Shown here piece by piece: positions 56,865 through 64,000 of a stretch of 64,000 nucleotides of DNA. The notes under the pieces were generated by a model that made no database searches, was not told the DNA's origin, and was given only the letters and a program-made list of their open reading frames with translations. The stretch's first letter is position 1. Each line of letters starts with the position of its first letter. This DNA is from Anaerolineae bacterium (GTDB taxonomy: Bacteria; Chloroflexota; Anaerolineae; Aggregatilineales; UBA3940). The stretch lies in assembly GCA_034435375.1 (NCBI GenBank), contig DAOTXR010000048.1, positions 272,984-336,983 of the forward strand. The letters run 5' to 3'. The position numbers and the translations under genes were made by a program.

Positions 56865-56935
56865 TCCTGGTCGTCTAGGTCTCAAAGGGGCACGGCAATT
56901 CGCCACAGGCGGCATTGCTGCGCCCTCGTTTCATC

Positions 56936-57178
56936 TCACTGTGCAGTGGGGTGATGCCAGTCGGTACCCAGGGCATCTTGGCCATACCGCCGAATCACGT
57001 GCGAGAGCAGCCGCCCGATATTCCACGCGTCGTCACTGCCCCGCTGATGGGTGCCGTGGAGATCGAGGCCAGCGATCTGCAAAGCCTTCGCCATCCCAAC
57101 CTGGCGATCCAAGCTGTGAAGGCTCTTAAACGGAGCCTTCAGATCGATATGGCGCTCACTGAGTGCGCAGACCAGCAA
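56936..57178 (-). pseudogene. Possible C-terminal remnant of a DEDDh 3'-5' exonuclease (ERI/KapD-like)
   Basis: 80-aa ORF containing an ExoIII-like HGTHQRGSDDAWNIGRLLSHVI (H-x4-D). The frame is closed by TGA 27 nt (9 codons) upstream of the TTG start, so the Exo I/II motifs cannot be present. Confidence 0.3.
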
Positions 57179-57218
57179 GTTGATTCTACACCGACGACCA
57201 TCTAGTCATGGCGGAGTA

Positions 57219-58217
57219 TCATGGCGCAATACCTACTTGTGCAATGGCTTCGAGCAGTGCATTGTGCACAGCGCCATTGGAGGACAGGATGCCACCCTGG
57301 TTGGCGATCCAGGCCCCATCTGAAAAATCAAGTGGACAGCCATGCAGATCGGTGACGCGGCCCCCCGCCTCCTGTACGATCAGCACTCCGGCGGCATGAT
57401 CCCATGCTTTGTGGCGATAGGAAGGGTTGGGTGAGTGGCGCAGGTAGAACTCGGCTCGTCCATCAGCAACCATAGCGTACTTGGCCTGACTGTCGATGTG
57501 CACTGGCGTCCTGCCCACCCCCGCCACCTCGAACACCCGCTGCGAGAAACTGTGATCGGTATGGGTGACCTCGACACTCTCAAGCGCACGGGCTTCGGCC
57601 ATGCTGGACCTGGTTGAAACACGCATTGGACGCACCGGGCCATCACCGGACAATGGTTCAAGGGTCGCTCCCTGGCCATGCACTGCCACCGCCAGCACGC
57701 CACGCGGCTCCGTAGCGCCGCCGGAGCCATATGGCAGCAGCGGGCAGGCCAGCACGCCAACTTTCAACTGGGCATCCACGAGCAGGGCCACAGCAATAGC
57801 AAACTGGTCGCCGCGCAGAAAACCCTTGGTGCCATCGATTGGGTCAACGATCCACACGCGACTCTTGTCGCCATTGCGTCCGTGATCGAGCCAGTCTCGC
57901 ACTTCATCCAGCGACACACTGCGGCCCAGCGCATCGCTAACATGGCGGACAACATGGAGACGCTGTTCGTTGGTGGTCAACTCGTCAAAATCGCTGGCAC
58001 GTTCTTCGGCCAGTATGCCATCAGCGGGGAAGTGCTGTGCCACATGACTCAGCACCACAGCCTGTGCCCCATAGTCCGCCACTGTAACCGGCTCATAACC
58101 GCCCTTCTCCATGCAGGCCAGGCTGGTAATAGTCTCACTGCGGATGGCCAGACATAGCTGCCCAGCCATCCGGGCAGCCTCACGGGCGAGGATACGTTCG
58201 TGTTCGAACGGCATCAT
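57219..58217 (-). CDS. Inositol-monophosphatase-family 3'(2'),5'-bisphosphate nucleotidase (HAL2/CysQ-like)
   Basis: VWIVDPIDGTKGFLRG, FAIAVALL, KAWDHAAGVLIVQEAGG. Confidence 0.85.
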   Translation of the reverse strand: MMPFEHERILAREAARMAGQLCLAIRSETITSLACMEKGGYEPVTVADYGAQAVVLSHVAQHFPADGILAEERASDFDELTTNEQRLHVVRHVSDALGRSVSLDEVRDWLDHGRNGDKSRVWIVDPIDGTKGFLRGDQFAIAVALLVDAQLKVGVLACPLLPYGSGGATEPRGVLAVAVHGQGATLEPLSGDGPVRPMRVSTRSSMAEARALESVEVTHTDHSFSQRVFEVAGVGRTPVHIDSQAKYAMVADGRAEFYLRHSPNPSYRHKAWDHAAGVLIVQEAGGRVTDLHGCPLDFSDGAWIANQGGILSSNGAVHNALLEAIAQVGIAP

Positions 58218-58261
58218 GAGATTGTCTCCTACGCAGGGAAGTGAGGGAAGATAGCCGTATG

Positions 58262-59095
58262 CTATAGGCGCTCATCCAGCCACGCGATCAGATCGGTCAG
58301 AACCTGAGCCTGCTCTGGTTCGTTGAAGACCTCATGGTATAGTCCATCATAGATTTTAAGGGTCTTGTCGGCAGCCTGCGCTGCCTCATAGAACCTTGCC
58401 GAGCCGGAAGGTGCAGCAATCCTATCGCTACTACCATGCATCATAAGGATCGGCAGATGCAAATCGCCTGCGCGTGCCAGCGTCTCGGTTTGGGCAGACA
58501 GGATGACCAGCGCTCCCCGGACATTGACCCGGTTGTGAACCAGAGGATCGCTGGTGTAGGCTGCTACCACCTCAGGGCTACGCGAGATCGCGGAAGGATC
58601 CAGGTCATTGGTAGTCGTCACACCGGGCAAGAACCGGGCGAGCAAGCGCGCCATGGCCAGTTTCGATGGCGCAGGCTGCCATGCCATCTCAAGAAAAGCC
58701 CCGCTGAGCACAACTCCCTTGTATCCTGAGGGGTTGTCTACGGCTACACTGGCTGCGATCAGGCCACCCAACGAGTGCCCACCAAAGAACTGGGGGACCT
58801 GCGTGGCAGTCTGGCGTGCCCCCTCCATCAGAGCAGCCATGTCGCGCCGATACTCGTCCCAGGCCATAAGATGCCCTCGTCTGCCAGGGCTTTTGCCATG
58901 CCCACGCAGATCAACCATGTGAAGACCGTATCCGGCCTTAGCCAGTGCTGCGCCGACGTGATGGTATCGGCCTGAGTGTTCACCGCCGCCGTGTGAGAAG
59001 GCAAGCATCCCCTTAGGTTCTTCGTCAGGCAGCCAGGTTTGTGTATAGAGCGCCAAGCCATCTGCGGTGCTGGTCTGCCCTTCCAGATGACGCAT
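58262..59095 (-). CDS. Alpha/beta hydrolase, lysophospholipase/monoacylglycerol-lipase-like
   Basis: HGGGEHSGRY, nucleophile elbow FGGHSLGGLIA, MMHGSSDRI, YHEVFNE. ATG 59095 is preferred over track start 59203. Confidence 0.82.
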   Translation of the reverse strand: MRHLEGQTSTADGLALYTQTWLPDEEPKGMLAFSHGGGEHSGRYHHVGAALAKAGYGLHMVDLRGHGKSPGRRGHLMAWDEYRRDMAALMEGARQTATQVPQFFGGHSLGGLIAASVAVDNPSGYKGVVLSGAFLEMAWQPAPSKLAMARLLARFLPGVTTTNDLDPSAISRSPEVVAAYTSDPLVHNRVNVRGALVILSAQTETLARAGDLHLPILMMHGSSDRIAAPSGSARFYEAAQAADKTLKIYDGLYHEVFNEPEQAQVLTDLIAWLDERL

Positions 59096-59226
59096 GTCAT
59101 TCTCTCCCAGAGAAACATGAGGGTTGAGTTTGGCTCGCATTAGGCAGAGCAGGTTGTGTCTGTTGGCCACAGTATAGCCCGTCTGCCTAGCCGAGCCAAT
59201 CAAACGGGAATCCGACGAATTGATAT

Positions 59227-59255
59227 TTGAAAACTTACCAAATTTGGGTTATCTT
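59227..59255 (+). promoter_or_regulatory. Putative sigma-70-type promoter with no downstream ORF before a terminator
   Basis: TTGAAA (59227-59232), 17-nt spacer, TATCTT (59250-59255). Confidence 0.35.
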
Positions 59256-59261
59256 AATATT

Positions 59262-59373
59262 AGCGTTGGGCGTTTTGCTCCCGGCCCAAATTAAGAGAAT
59301 GCAGCTCTATGAGCGGCACTCTTTCCCCAAATTGCCCAACGTGATGCCACCCGCCCGGGTGGCACCTCTTTTT
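59262..59373 (+). ncRNA. Candidate ~110-nt small RNA or terminated leader (promoter-to-terminator unit)
   Basis: Bounded by the promoter-like element at 59227-59255 and the intrinsic terminator at 59345-59373. No convincing ORF or Shine-Dalgarno inside. Confidence 0.25.
59345..59373 (+). terminator. Intrinsic terminator on the plus strand without an upstream plus-strand gene
   Basis: TGCCACCC-GCCC-GGGTGGCA (8-bp GC-rich stem) followed by CCTCTTTTT. Confidence 0.65.
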
Positions 59374-59420
59374 GAACGTCTATCACCTCGTGACAGACGG
59401 TATAGAACTCGCAGAATGCC

Positions 59421-59449
59421 TTGTGCCTGTTCTTGCTCACCGCTATACT
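59421..59449 (+). promoter_or_regulatory. Putative promoter of the response regulator/kinase operon
   Basis: TTGTGC, 17-nt spacer, TATACT, 45 nt upstream of ATG 59494. Confidence 0.35.
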
Positions 59450-59493
59450 TCCTCTGTTGAACAAACCATTCGTTTGGGCTTCCTGTAGCATAT

Positions 59494-60180
59494 ATGACTA
59501 CCATCCTGATAGTTGAAGACGAGAAAACCTTACTTGAAACGCTGGCCTACAACCTTGAGCAGGAGGGCTATAAGGTCCTAACTGCCGAGGATGGCGAGGA
59601 AGCGCTCAAGATCGTGCGCCGGAAGAAACCCGACCTGATTGTGTTGGACATCATGCTGCCCGTGCTCGATGGGCTGGCTGTGTGCCGCCTAATCCGCAAA
59701 GACCCAGAGGTGGCGCACATTCCTGTCATCATGCTGACGGCGCGTGGGACCCAGGGCGACAAGATGGTCGGGCTGGACAGTGGCGCAGATGATTATGTCA
59801 CCAAGCCATTTGGTCTTGGCGAATTCCTGGCGCGCATCCGGGCCGTGCTGCGCCGCGTGCCAGGCCGCACCACCTCCAGCACAGAGATTGCGACAGGAGA
59901 CCTCCGCGTAGATGTGTCTGCGCGGCGCGTATATCGGCGTGGTGAGGAAATCCAACTCAGCCATAAGGAATTTGATCTATTAGTAGAACTCATGCGCAAT
60001 CCCGGGGCGGTTCTGTCACGTGACCTGATCCTCTCTCGCGTGTGGGGCTACGACTATTATGGCGACAGTCGCACAGTCGATGTGCACATCCGGTGGCTGC
60101 GTCAGAAGATCGAGGATGATCCCTCGAACCCGCATCACATTGTGACTGTGCGGGGAGTAGGCTATCGTTTCGAGGATTGA
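59494..60180 (+). CDS. OmpR/PhoB-family response regulator
   Basis: ILIVEDEKTL, DLIVLDIMLP, DDYVTKPF, winged-helix VSRDLILSRVWG...RTVDVHIRWLRQKIE...IVTVRGVGYRF. Confidence 0.93.
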   Translation: MTTILIVEDEKTLLETLAYNLEQEGYKVLTAEDGEEALKIVRRKKPDLIVLDIMLPVLDGLAVCRLIRKDPEVAHIPVIMLTARGTQGDKMVGLDSGADDYVTKPFGLGEFLARIRAVLRRVPGRTTSSTEIATGDLRVDVSARRVYRRGEEIQLSHKEFDLLVELMRNPGAVLSRDLILSRVWGYDYYGDSRTVDVHIRWLRQKIEDDPSNPHHIVTVRGVGYRFED

Positions 60181-61343
60181 GACAGGTGTATCTGGTTGCC
60201 ATTGTTGTGCTGTCCATCACGCTGGTGGGGACAGTCGTTGCATGGCAAGTAGCCCATCGCCGCCTGGTTGCCGAGCGTGCCCGCAGCGACGAGCTGACCC
60301 GGCGGCTGGGCGATCAGCAGGCTCTGGAGATGCGCTCTGCCGGCTTGCTTGCACTGAGCGAGGCGGCCTACAACGCCCTAATCGTTGTGGATCGCGATCG
60401 TCGAGTGATCCATATGAACAGCGCAGCTTGCTCCCTGTTCGCCTGCGATACCTACAACACGGACATTACACTCATGACCCTCACCCGCAGTTACGATCTG
60501 GACCACGTGGTCGATCAGGTACTGCAGGACGGTGAGCCGGTCGACCTACAGATTGCAATCCGGGCAGTCGCGTACCGTGTCCGGGCACAGCGCACTGAGA
60601 CGCCGGCAGGACATATGGTCGCGATAGCTTTGGAGGATGTTAGTGAGCTGCTGAGACTGGGTCGCGCTCGGCGTGATATGGTGGCTAACATCTCTCACGA
60701 ACTGCGCACTCCGATTGCTTCAATTCGGCTGCTCGTTGACACTCTGCTCAGGGAAGAGATGTGCCCAGACAAAGAGTGCACAGAGCGGCTCCATAAGATC
60801 GCCGCAGAGGCTGACATCCTTCAGCAGATGGCTCAGGAGCTGCTCGACTTGTCGATGATCGAGTCGGGACGAGCCGAGTTCATCTTTAGGCCAGTTAAAC
60901 TGCGCGACATCGTCGCCGAGGTAGCTGACCAGTACACTGAGCAGGCGGAGCGCAAAAAGTTAACCCTGGAGAGGCATGTGTCACGCCACCTGGTGGTGCT
61001 GGCTGATGCCCAGCAGCTTCGTCGTGTGCTGAGCAATCTAGTACACAATGCCATCAAGTTTACACCCTCACATGGTACGATCGATATCTCGGCCAATATG
61101 GTTGAAGACAGAGTGCTGATAGCTGTGACAGATTCCGGCCCTGGCATTTCGCCAGAGGAACGTGAGCGGGTGTTTGAACGATTTTACCGGGGCGACCGCG
61201 CCCGCAGGAGCAGCGGGACCGGGCTTGGGCTGGCCATCGCCAAGCACATTGTCGAGGCGCATGGTGGCACGATCTGGGTCGAGGATTCACCCAAGCCCCC
61301 AGGCGCTCGCGTGTGCTTTACCCTAACGTTGGGGGCTGAGTGA
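60177..61343 (+). CDS. PhoR-like sensor histidine kinase (TM, PAS-like, HisKA, HATPase_c)
   Basis: The start overlaps the regulator stop. H-box SHELRTPIASIRLLVDTL, N box LVHNAIKFTP, G boxes TDSGPGISPEERERVFERFYRG and GTGLGLAIAKHIVEAHGG. Confidence 0.9.
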   Translation: MRQVYLVAIVVLSITLVGTVVAWQVAHRRLVAERARSDELTRRLGDQQALEMRSAGLLALSEAAYNALIVVDRDRRVIHMNSAACSLFACDTYNTDITLMTLTRSYDLDHVVDQVLQDGEPVDLQIAIRAVAYRVRAQRTETPAGHMVAIALEDVSELLRLGRARRDMVANISHELRTPIASIRLLVDTLLREEMCPDKECTERLHKIAAEADILQQMAQELLDLSMIESGRAEFIFRPVKLRDIVAEVADQYTEQAERKKLTLERHVSRHLVVLADAQQLRRVLSNLVHNAIKFTPSHGTIDISANMVEDRVLIAVTDSGPGISPEERERVFERFYRGDRARRSSGTGLGLAIAKHIVEAHGGTIWVEDSPKPPGARVCFTLTLGAE

Positions 61344-61375
61344 CTCTCCCCCTTCAGGGTCTAAGCCTATACCAG

Positions 61376-61410
61376 GGCCGCCAGACTATGACATATGGCG
61401 GCCTTTTCTG
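61376..61410 (+). terminator. Intrinsic terminator after the kinase gene
   Basis: GGCCGCCA / TGGCGGCC 8-bp stem with a 12-nt loop, followed by TTTTCTGTTGT. Confidence 0.7.
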
Positions 61411-61542
61411 TTGTGATCGTACACAACTAAACGCAGCAAGTTGGCTTACAATGGATCTAGGAGCATACAAGGCCTGTCGCAGCTAAGTACACTGGAATAG
61501 CTTGAGGTCGCATACCCTTTCACGTCTGGAGGAAAGCCAGGC

Positions 61543-62964
61543 ATGTTCAAAACGCTCAACGAGGCCCAGCGTTATGTCACCGAGCACGGGATCAGAATGA
61601 TCGATCTCAAATTCTGTGACCTGTGGGGACGCTGGCATCACCTGACCCTGCCATCCAGCCAGTTTACCTCTGACTTGATGGAGAATGGCATTGGCTTCGA
61701 TGGATCAGCCGTGGGGCTGAAGAGTGTCAAAGCAGGCGACATGGTGCTGGTGCCCGATCTCGCCACCGGAACAGATGACCCGTTCTGGCAGGTCCCCACG
61801 CTGAGTTTCATCTGCACCACGCTGGAAGCTGACACACATGTAGCGTTTGCCAATGACCCTCGGAACGTTGCCCTGCGCGCTGAGTCTTACTTGCGTGAGA
61901 CTGACATCGCTGACGAGAGTCGCTGGGGTCCGGAGTTTGAATTCTACGTATTCGACGAAGTGAGCTTCGATAACAGCGTCAACCGCGCCTGTTACCGTCT
62001 TGAATCCAAAGAGGCCGACTGGAACTGCGCCGAGGGAGGACACGGGCACTATATCCCGTTGCACGGCGGTTATCACGCCATCCCACCCAAAGACCAGCTC
62101 TTCCAGCTCCGCTCTGAGATGGCCCTACTGTTAGAGTCGATGGGGGTACCGGTCAAATATCACCATCATGAGGTTGGTGGGCCGGGCCAGTGCGAGATCG
62201 AGACACCGATGGTGGGATTGGTCCCAGCGGGCGACATGACGATGATCATCAAATATGTCACGAAAATGGTCGCCCACCGTCACGGCCAGACGGTGACGTT
62301 TATGCCCAAGCCTCTCTACGGTGAGGCGGGCAGCGGTATGCACTTTCATCAGCACCTGTTCAAGAACGGCATCAATGTCTTTTACGACGCAGACGGCTAT
62401 GGCTGTCTGAGCCAGACTGCACTCTACTACATCGGAGGGCTGCTGGCCCACGGCGCGGCAGTGCTGGCCCTGACCAACCCCAGCACCAACTCTTACCGCC
62501 GTCTGGTGCCAGGCTTTGAAGCGCCGGTCAATGCCTTCTTCTCCCTGGGCAACCGCAGCGCCGCGATCCGCATCCCCAAGTATGCTTGCCAGCCTGATGC
62601 CGCTCGAATTGAGTTCCGTCCACCTGATGCCACCTGCAACGCATACCTGGCGCTGGCAGCGCAGTTGATGGCAGGATTGGACGGCATCGAGCAGCGGATC
62701 GACCCGGCTGAGGCTGGCTTCGGCCCGATTGACCAGAACATCTTTGCCTGGACAGATGAACAGCGGGCGAAGATTCGGCAACTCCCTGGCTCGCTAGATG
62801 AGGCCCTCGACGCCTTGGAGGGAGATCATGAGTTCCTGCTCAAAGGTGGGGTGTTCAGCCCGGAGATGATCCAGCAGTGGATTGATTACAAACGCAAGAT
62901 CGAGGCTTACGAGGTCAGAAATCGACCGCATCCCTATGAAGTAGCCCTGTATTTCGATGTATAA
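61543..62964 (+). CDS. glnA: Glutamine synthetase, type I
   Basis: GPEFEFYVFD, ATP site KPLYGEAGSGMHFHQ, NSYRRLVPGFEAP, AAIRIP, IEFRPPDATCNAYLALAA. No adenylylation-loop NLYDLP motif seen. Confidence 0.95.
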   Translation: MFKTLNEAQRYVTEHGIRMIDLKFCDLWGRWHHLTLPSSQFTSDLMENGIGFDGSAVGLKSVKAGDMVLVPDLATGTDDPFWQVPTLSFICTTLEADTHVAFANDPRNVALRAESYLRETDIADESRWGPEFEFYVFDEVSFDNSVNRACYRLESKEADWNCAEGGHGHYIPLHGGYHAIPPKDQLFQLRSEMALLLESMGVPVKYHHHEVGGPGQCEIETPMVGLVPAGDMTMIIKYVTKMVAHRHGQTVTFMPKPLYGEAGSGMHFHQHLFKNGINVFYDADGYGCLSQTALYYIGGLLAHGAAVLALTNPSTNSYRRLVPGFEAPVNAFFSLGNRSAAIRIPKYACQPDAARIEFRPPDATCNAYLALAAQLMAGLDGIEQRIDPAEAGFGPIDQNIFAWTDEQRAKIRQLPGSLDEALDALEGDHEFLLKGGVFSPEMIQQWIDYKRKIEAYEVRNRPHPYEVALYFDV

Positions 62965-63169
62965 AAGCTAGGTGGTGTGTTCGAATCGACATCATCCCCA
63001 CATCGCTGCTAGCAGTAGCTCTTGGCCTACTGGCAGTGCTCCCCGTTGGCCCTTAGCCTTATTCGGATTGGCCCCCTGTTGTCCGGAGTTCATCCGCAAC
63101 GCAAAATGCCGATGCATGGGTGTAGAGCAATCGTCCAAATCACAGCCACAACCAGGAGGAAACGCTGGA

Positions 63170-63481
63170 ATGTATGGTTATCCGCCCCCTCAACCGCCAA
63201 TGCACTACCGTCCTGAGAAAAGCTATCTTGGCGAGGCGCTGCTAACGCTGATCCTGTACTACCTTGGTTTCGGTGTCATTGGCCTGATTGCCAACATCAT
63301 CTTTCTCAGCAACGCCAACCGTGACGAGCGCATGGGCATGCTCATCCGCAACAAGGGGTGCCTTCAGATCCTGCTGTGGATACATATCATCGGAATGGTG
63401 ATCGGCTGCATTGCCCTGATCGCTCTCTTGGCGACAGGCACACTGGCTGCGATCATGGGAGCGGCCTCAGGTGGTTACTAA
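63170..63481 (+). CDS. Small membrane protein with Pro-rich N-terminus, two or three TM helices
   Basis: ATG 63170 follows AGGAGG. MYGYPPPQPPMHY... LLTLILYYLGFGVIGLIANIIFL ... ILLWIHIIGMVIGCIALIALLATG. The upstream part of track ORF 62972.. has no support. Confidence 0.6.
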   Translation: MYGYPPPQPPMHYRPEKSYLGEALLTLILYYLGFGVIGLIANIIFLSNANRDERMGMLIRNKGCLQILLWIHIIGMVIGCIALIALLATGTLAAIMGAASGGY

Positions 63482-63568
63482 CCAATAGTGCTAGTTTGAC
63501 ATAAACACCGGGTTCCCCAAAGCTGCAAGTTGCGAAGCCAACAGCAAAAGGAGACCCCCGTGAGTACG

Positions 63569-63688
63569 ATGGATTTTATCACCGAACTGCTTTGCCGCAT
63601 CGACGATGTGACGAGGAATGTACCCAGGCATAGTCAGGCGAACCTGTATCCGAGCGAGATTGGAGAGTGTCTAAAAGCATGCACCTAG
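63569..63688 (+). mobile_element. Possible degraded N-terminal fragment of an IS982-like transposase gene
   Basis: AAGGAG Shine-Dalgarno, then MDFITELLCRIDDVTRNVPRHSQANLYPSEI, which resembles the ELFCxVDD-type N-terminus of IS982-like transposases as I recall it. The frame stops after 39 codons and downstream frames are broken. No inverted repeats identified. Confidence 0.25.
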
Positions 63689-64000
63689 GAAGTCGCTGAG
63701 GTGAGCGGGGCAAGCAGGGAAATGCTGACGGTAGAGTTGGCGCTGGCTCCCTGCCTCCGTCTGCCCTGATTTCACTGGATGTTCTTGCGTGTGGCGCTTC
63801 GGACATGTCATGCCATGAGCATCTCACCTATCCAGACTTTTGGGCATTTGGGCACTCCCTCGTTGACTCGCTGCATACCTATTGCTATAATCTTAACCTA
63901 GAAGGTACACTTTATTTCGGCGGTGGGAAATGAGTCCCATGACTTTATGCCTTTGCACATGTCTTGGGCGGGGGCGCTGTCACCCTCGCTTAAGGCGATA

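Noticed and set aside
59227-59460. 77-aa plus-strand ORF (TTG start) in the spacer upstream of the response regulator
   Set aside because: It reads straight through a canonical intrinsic terminator, has no Shine-Dalgarno and has an implausible Arg/Cys-rich tail. The region is better explained as non-coding regulatory RNA or DNA.
62975-63000. GTTCGAATC string resembling a tRNA T-loop
   Set aside because: The flanking bases (GTGTG ... GACAT) cannot form the T-stem, and no acceptor or anticodon arms can be drawn.

Overview
64-kb GC-rich, densely coding bacterial chromosomal window. I read about 44 protein genes and saw no rRNA, tRNA or CRISPR array. All calls rest on motif recognition by eye and manual translation; no database search or computation was possible. 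The protein repertoire suggests a Chloroflexota-like organism, which is inference only: tandem-95/cadherin-like giant surface proteins, a zinc-ribbon-FHA protein, LysM and lamin-tail wall proteins, many GAF and His-kinase proteins, NACHT-type STAND NTPases, and an acyl-CoA carboxylase. Layout: (i) 1-16184 is an all-minus-strand cell-surface island. It holds an HTH-FecR membrane regulator followed by a 1609-aa 12-repeat adhesin, then a zinc-ribbon-FHA protein, then an orphan family-5 SBP, sensor kinase and CheY-like receiver. These lead into a second giant repeat protein that runs off the left edge. That gene is absent from the ORF track and was recovered by manual translation; it carries roughly 95%-identical 291-bp DNA repeats. 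(ii) 16.4-19.4 kb is housekeeping (kynB-like, PIG-L deacetylase, rarA). (iii) 19.6-28.2 kb is the most unusual region. Two co-oriented NACHT/STAND NTPases with different C-terminal sensor arms (FGE-sulfatase fold versus HEAT array) bracket a small AT-richer opposite-strand ORF, and a membrane coiled-coil protein is transcribed divergently. This is a candidate uncharacterised conflict/defence locus. (iv) 28.6-36.5 kb holds GAF-only proteins, a LiaF-like protein, a PflX-like radical SAM, LysM proteins, hom and a Nudix hydrolase. (v) 36.6-41.7 kb is an acyl-CoA carboxylase operon. (vi) gyrA is translationally coupled to a multi-TM GAF kinase. (vii) 47.1-53.6 kb is the second candidate for novel biology. 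Two CooC-type ATPases plus a Zn-ribbon radical SAM converge on a yitJ-like / bcp / short core-MetE-like operon, with no CODH/ACS or corrinoid protein in the window. (viii) The right end holds an aminotransferase, pckA, a HAL2-type nucleotidase, a lipase-like hydrolase, an orphan promoter-plus-terminator unit (candidate sRNA/attenuator), an OmpR/PhoR-like two-component system, glnA, and a possible degraded IS fragment at the edge.
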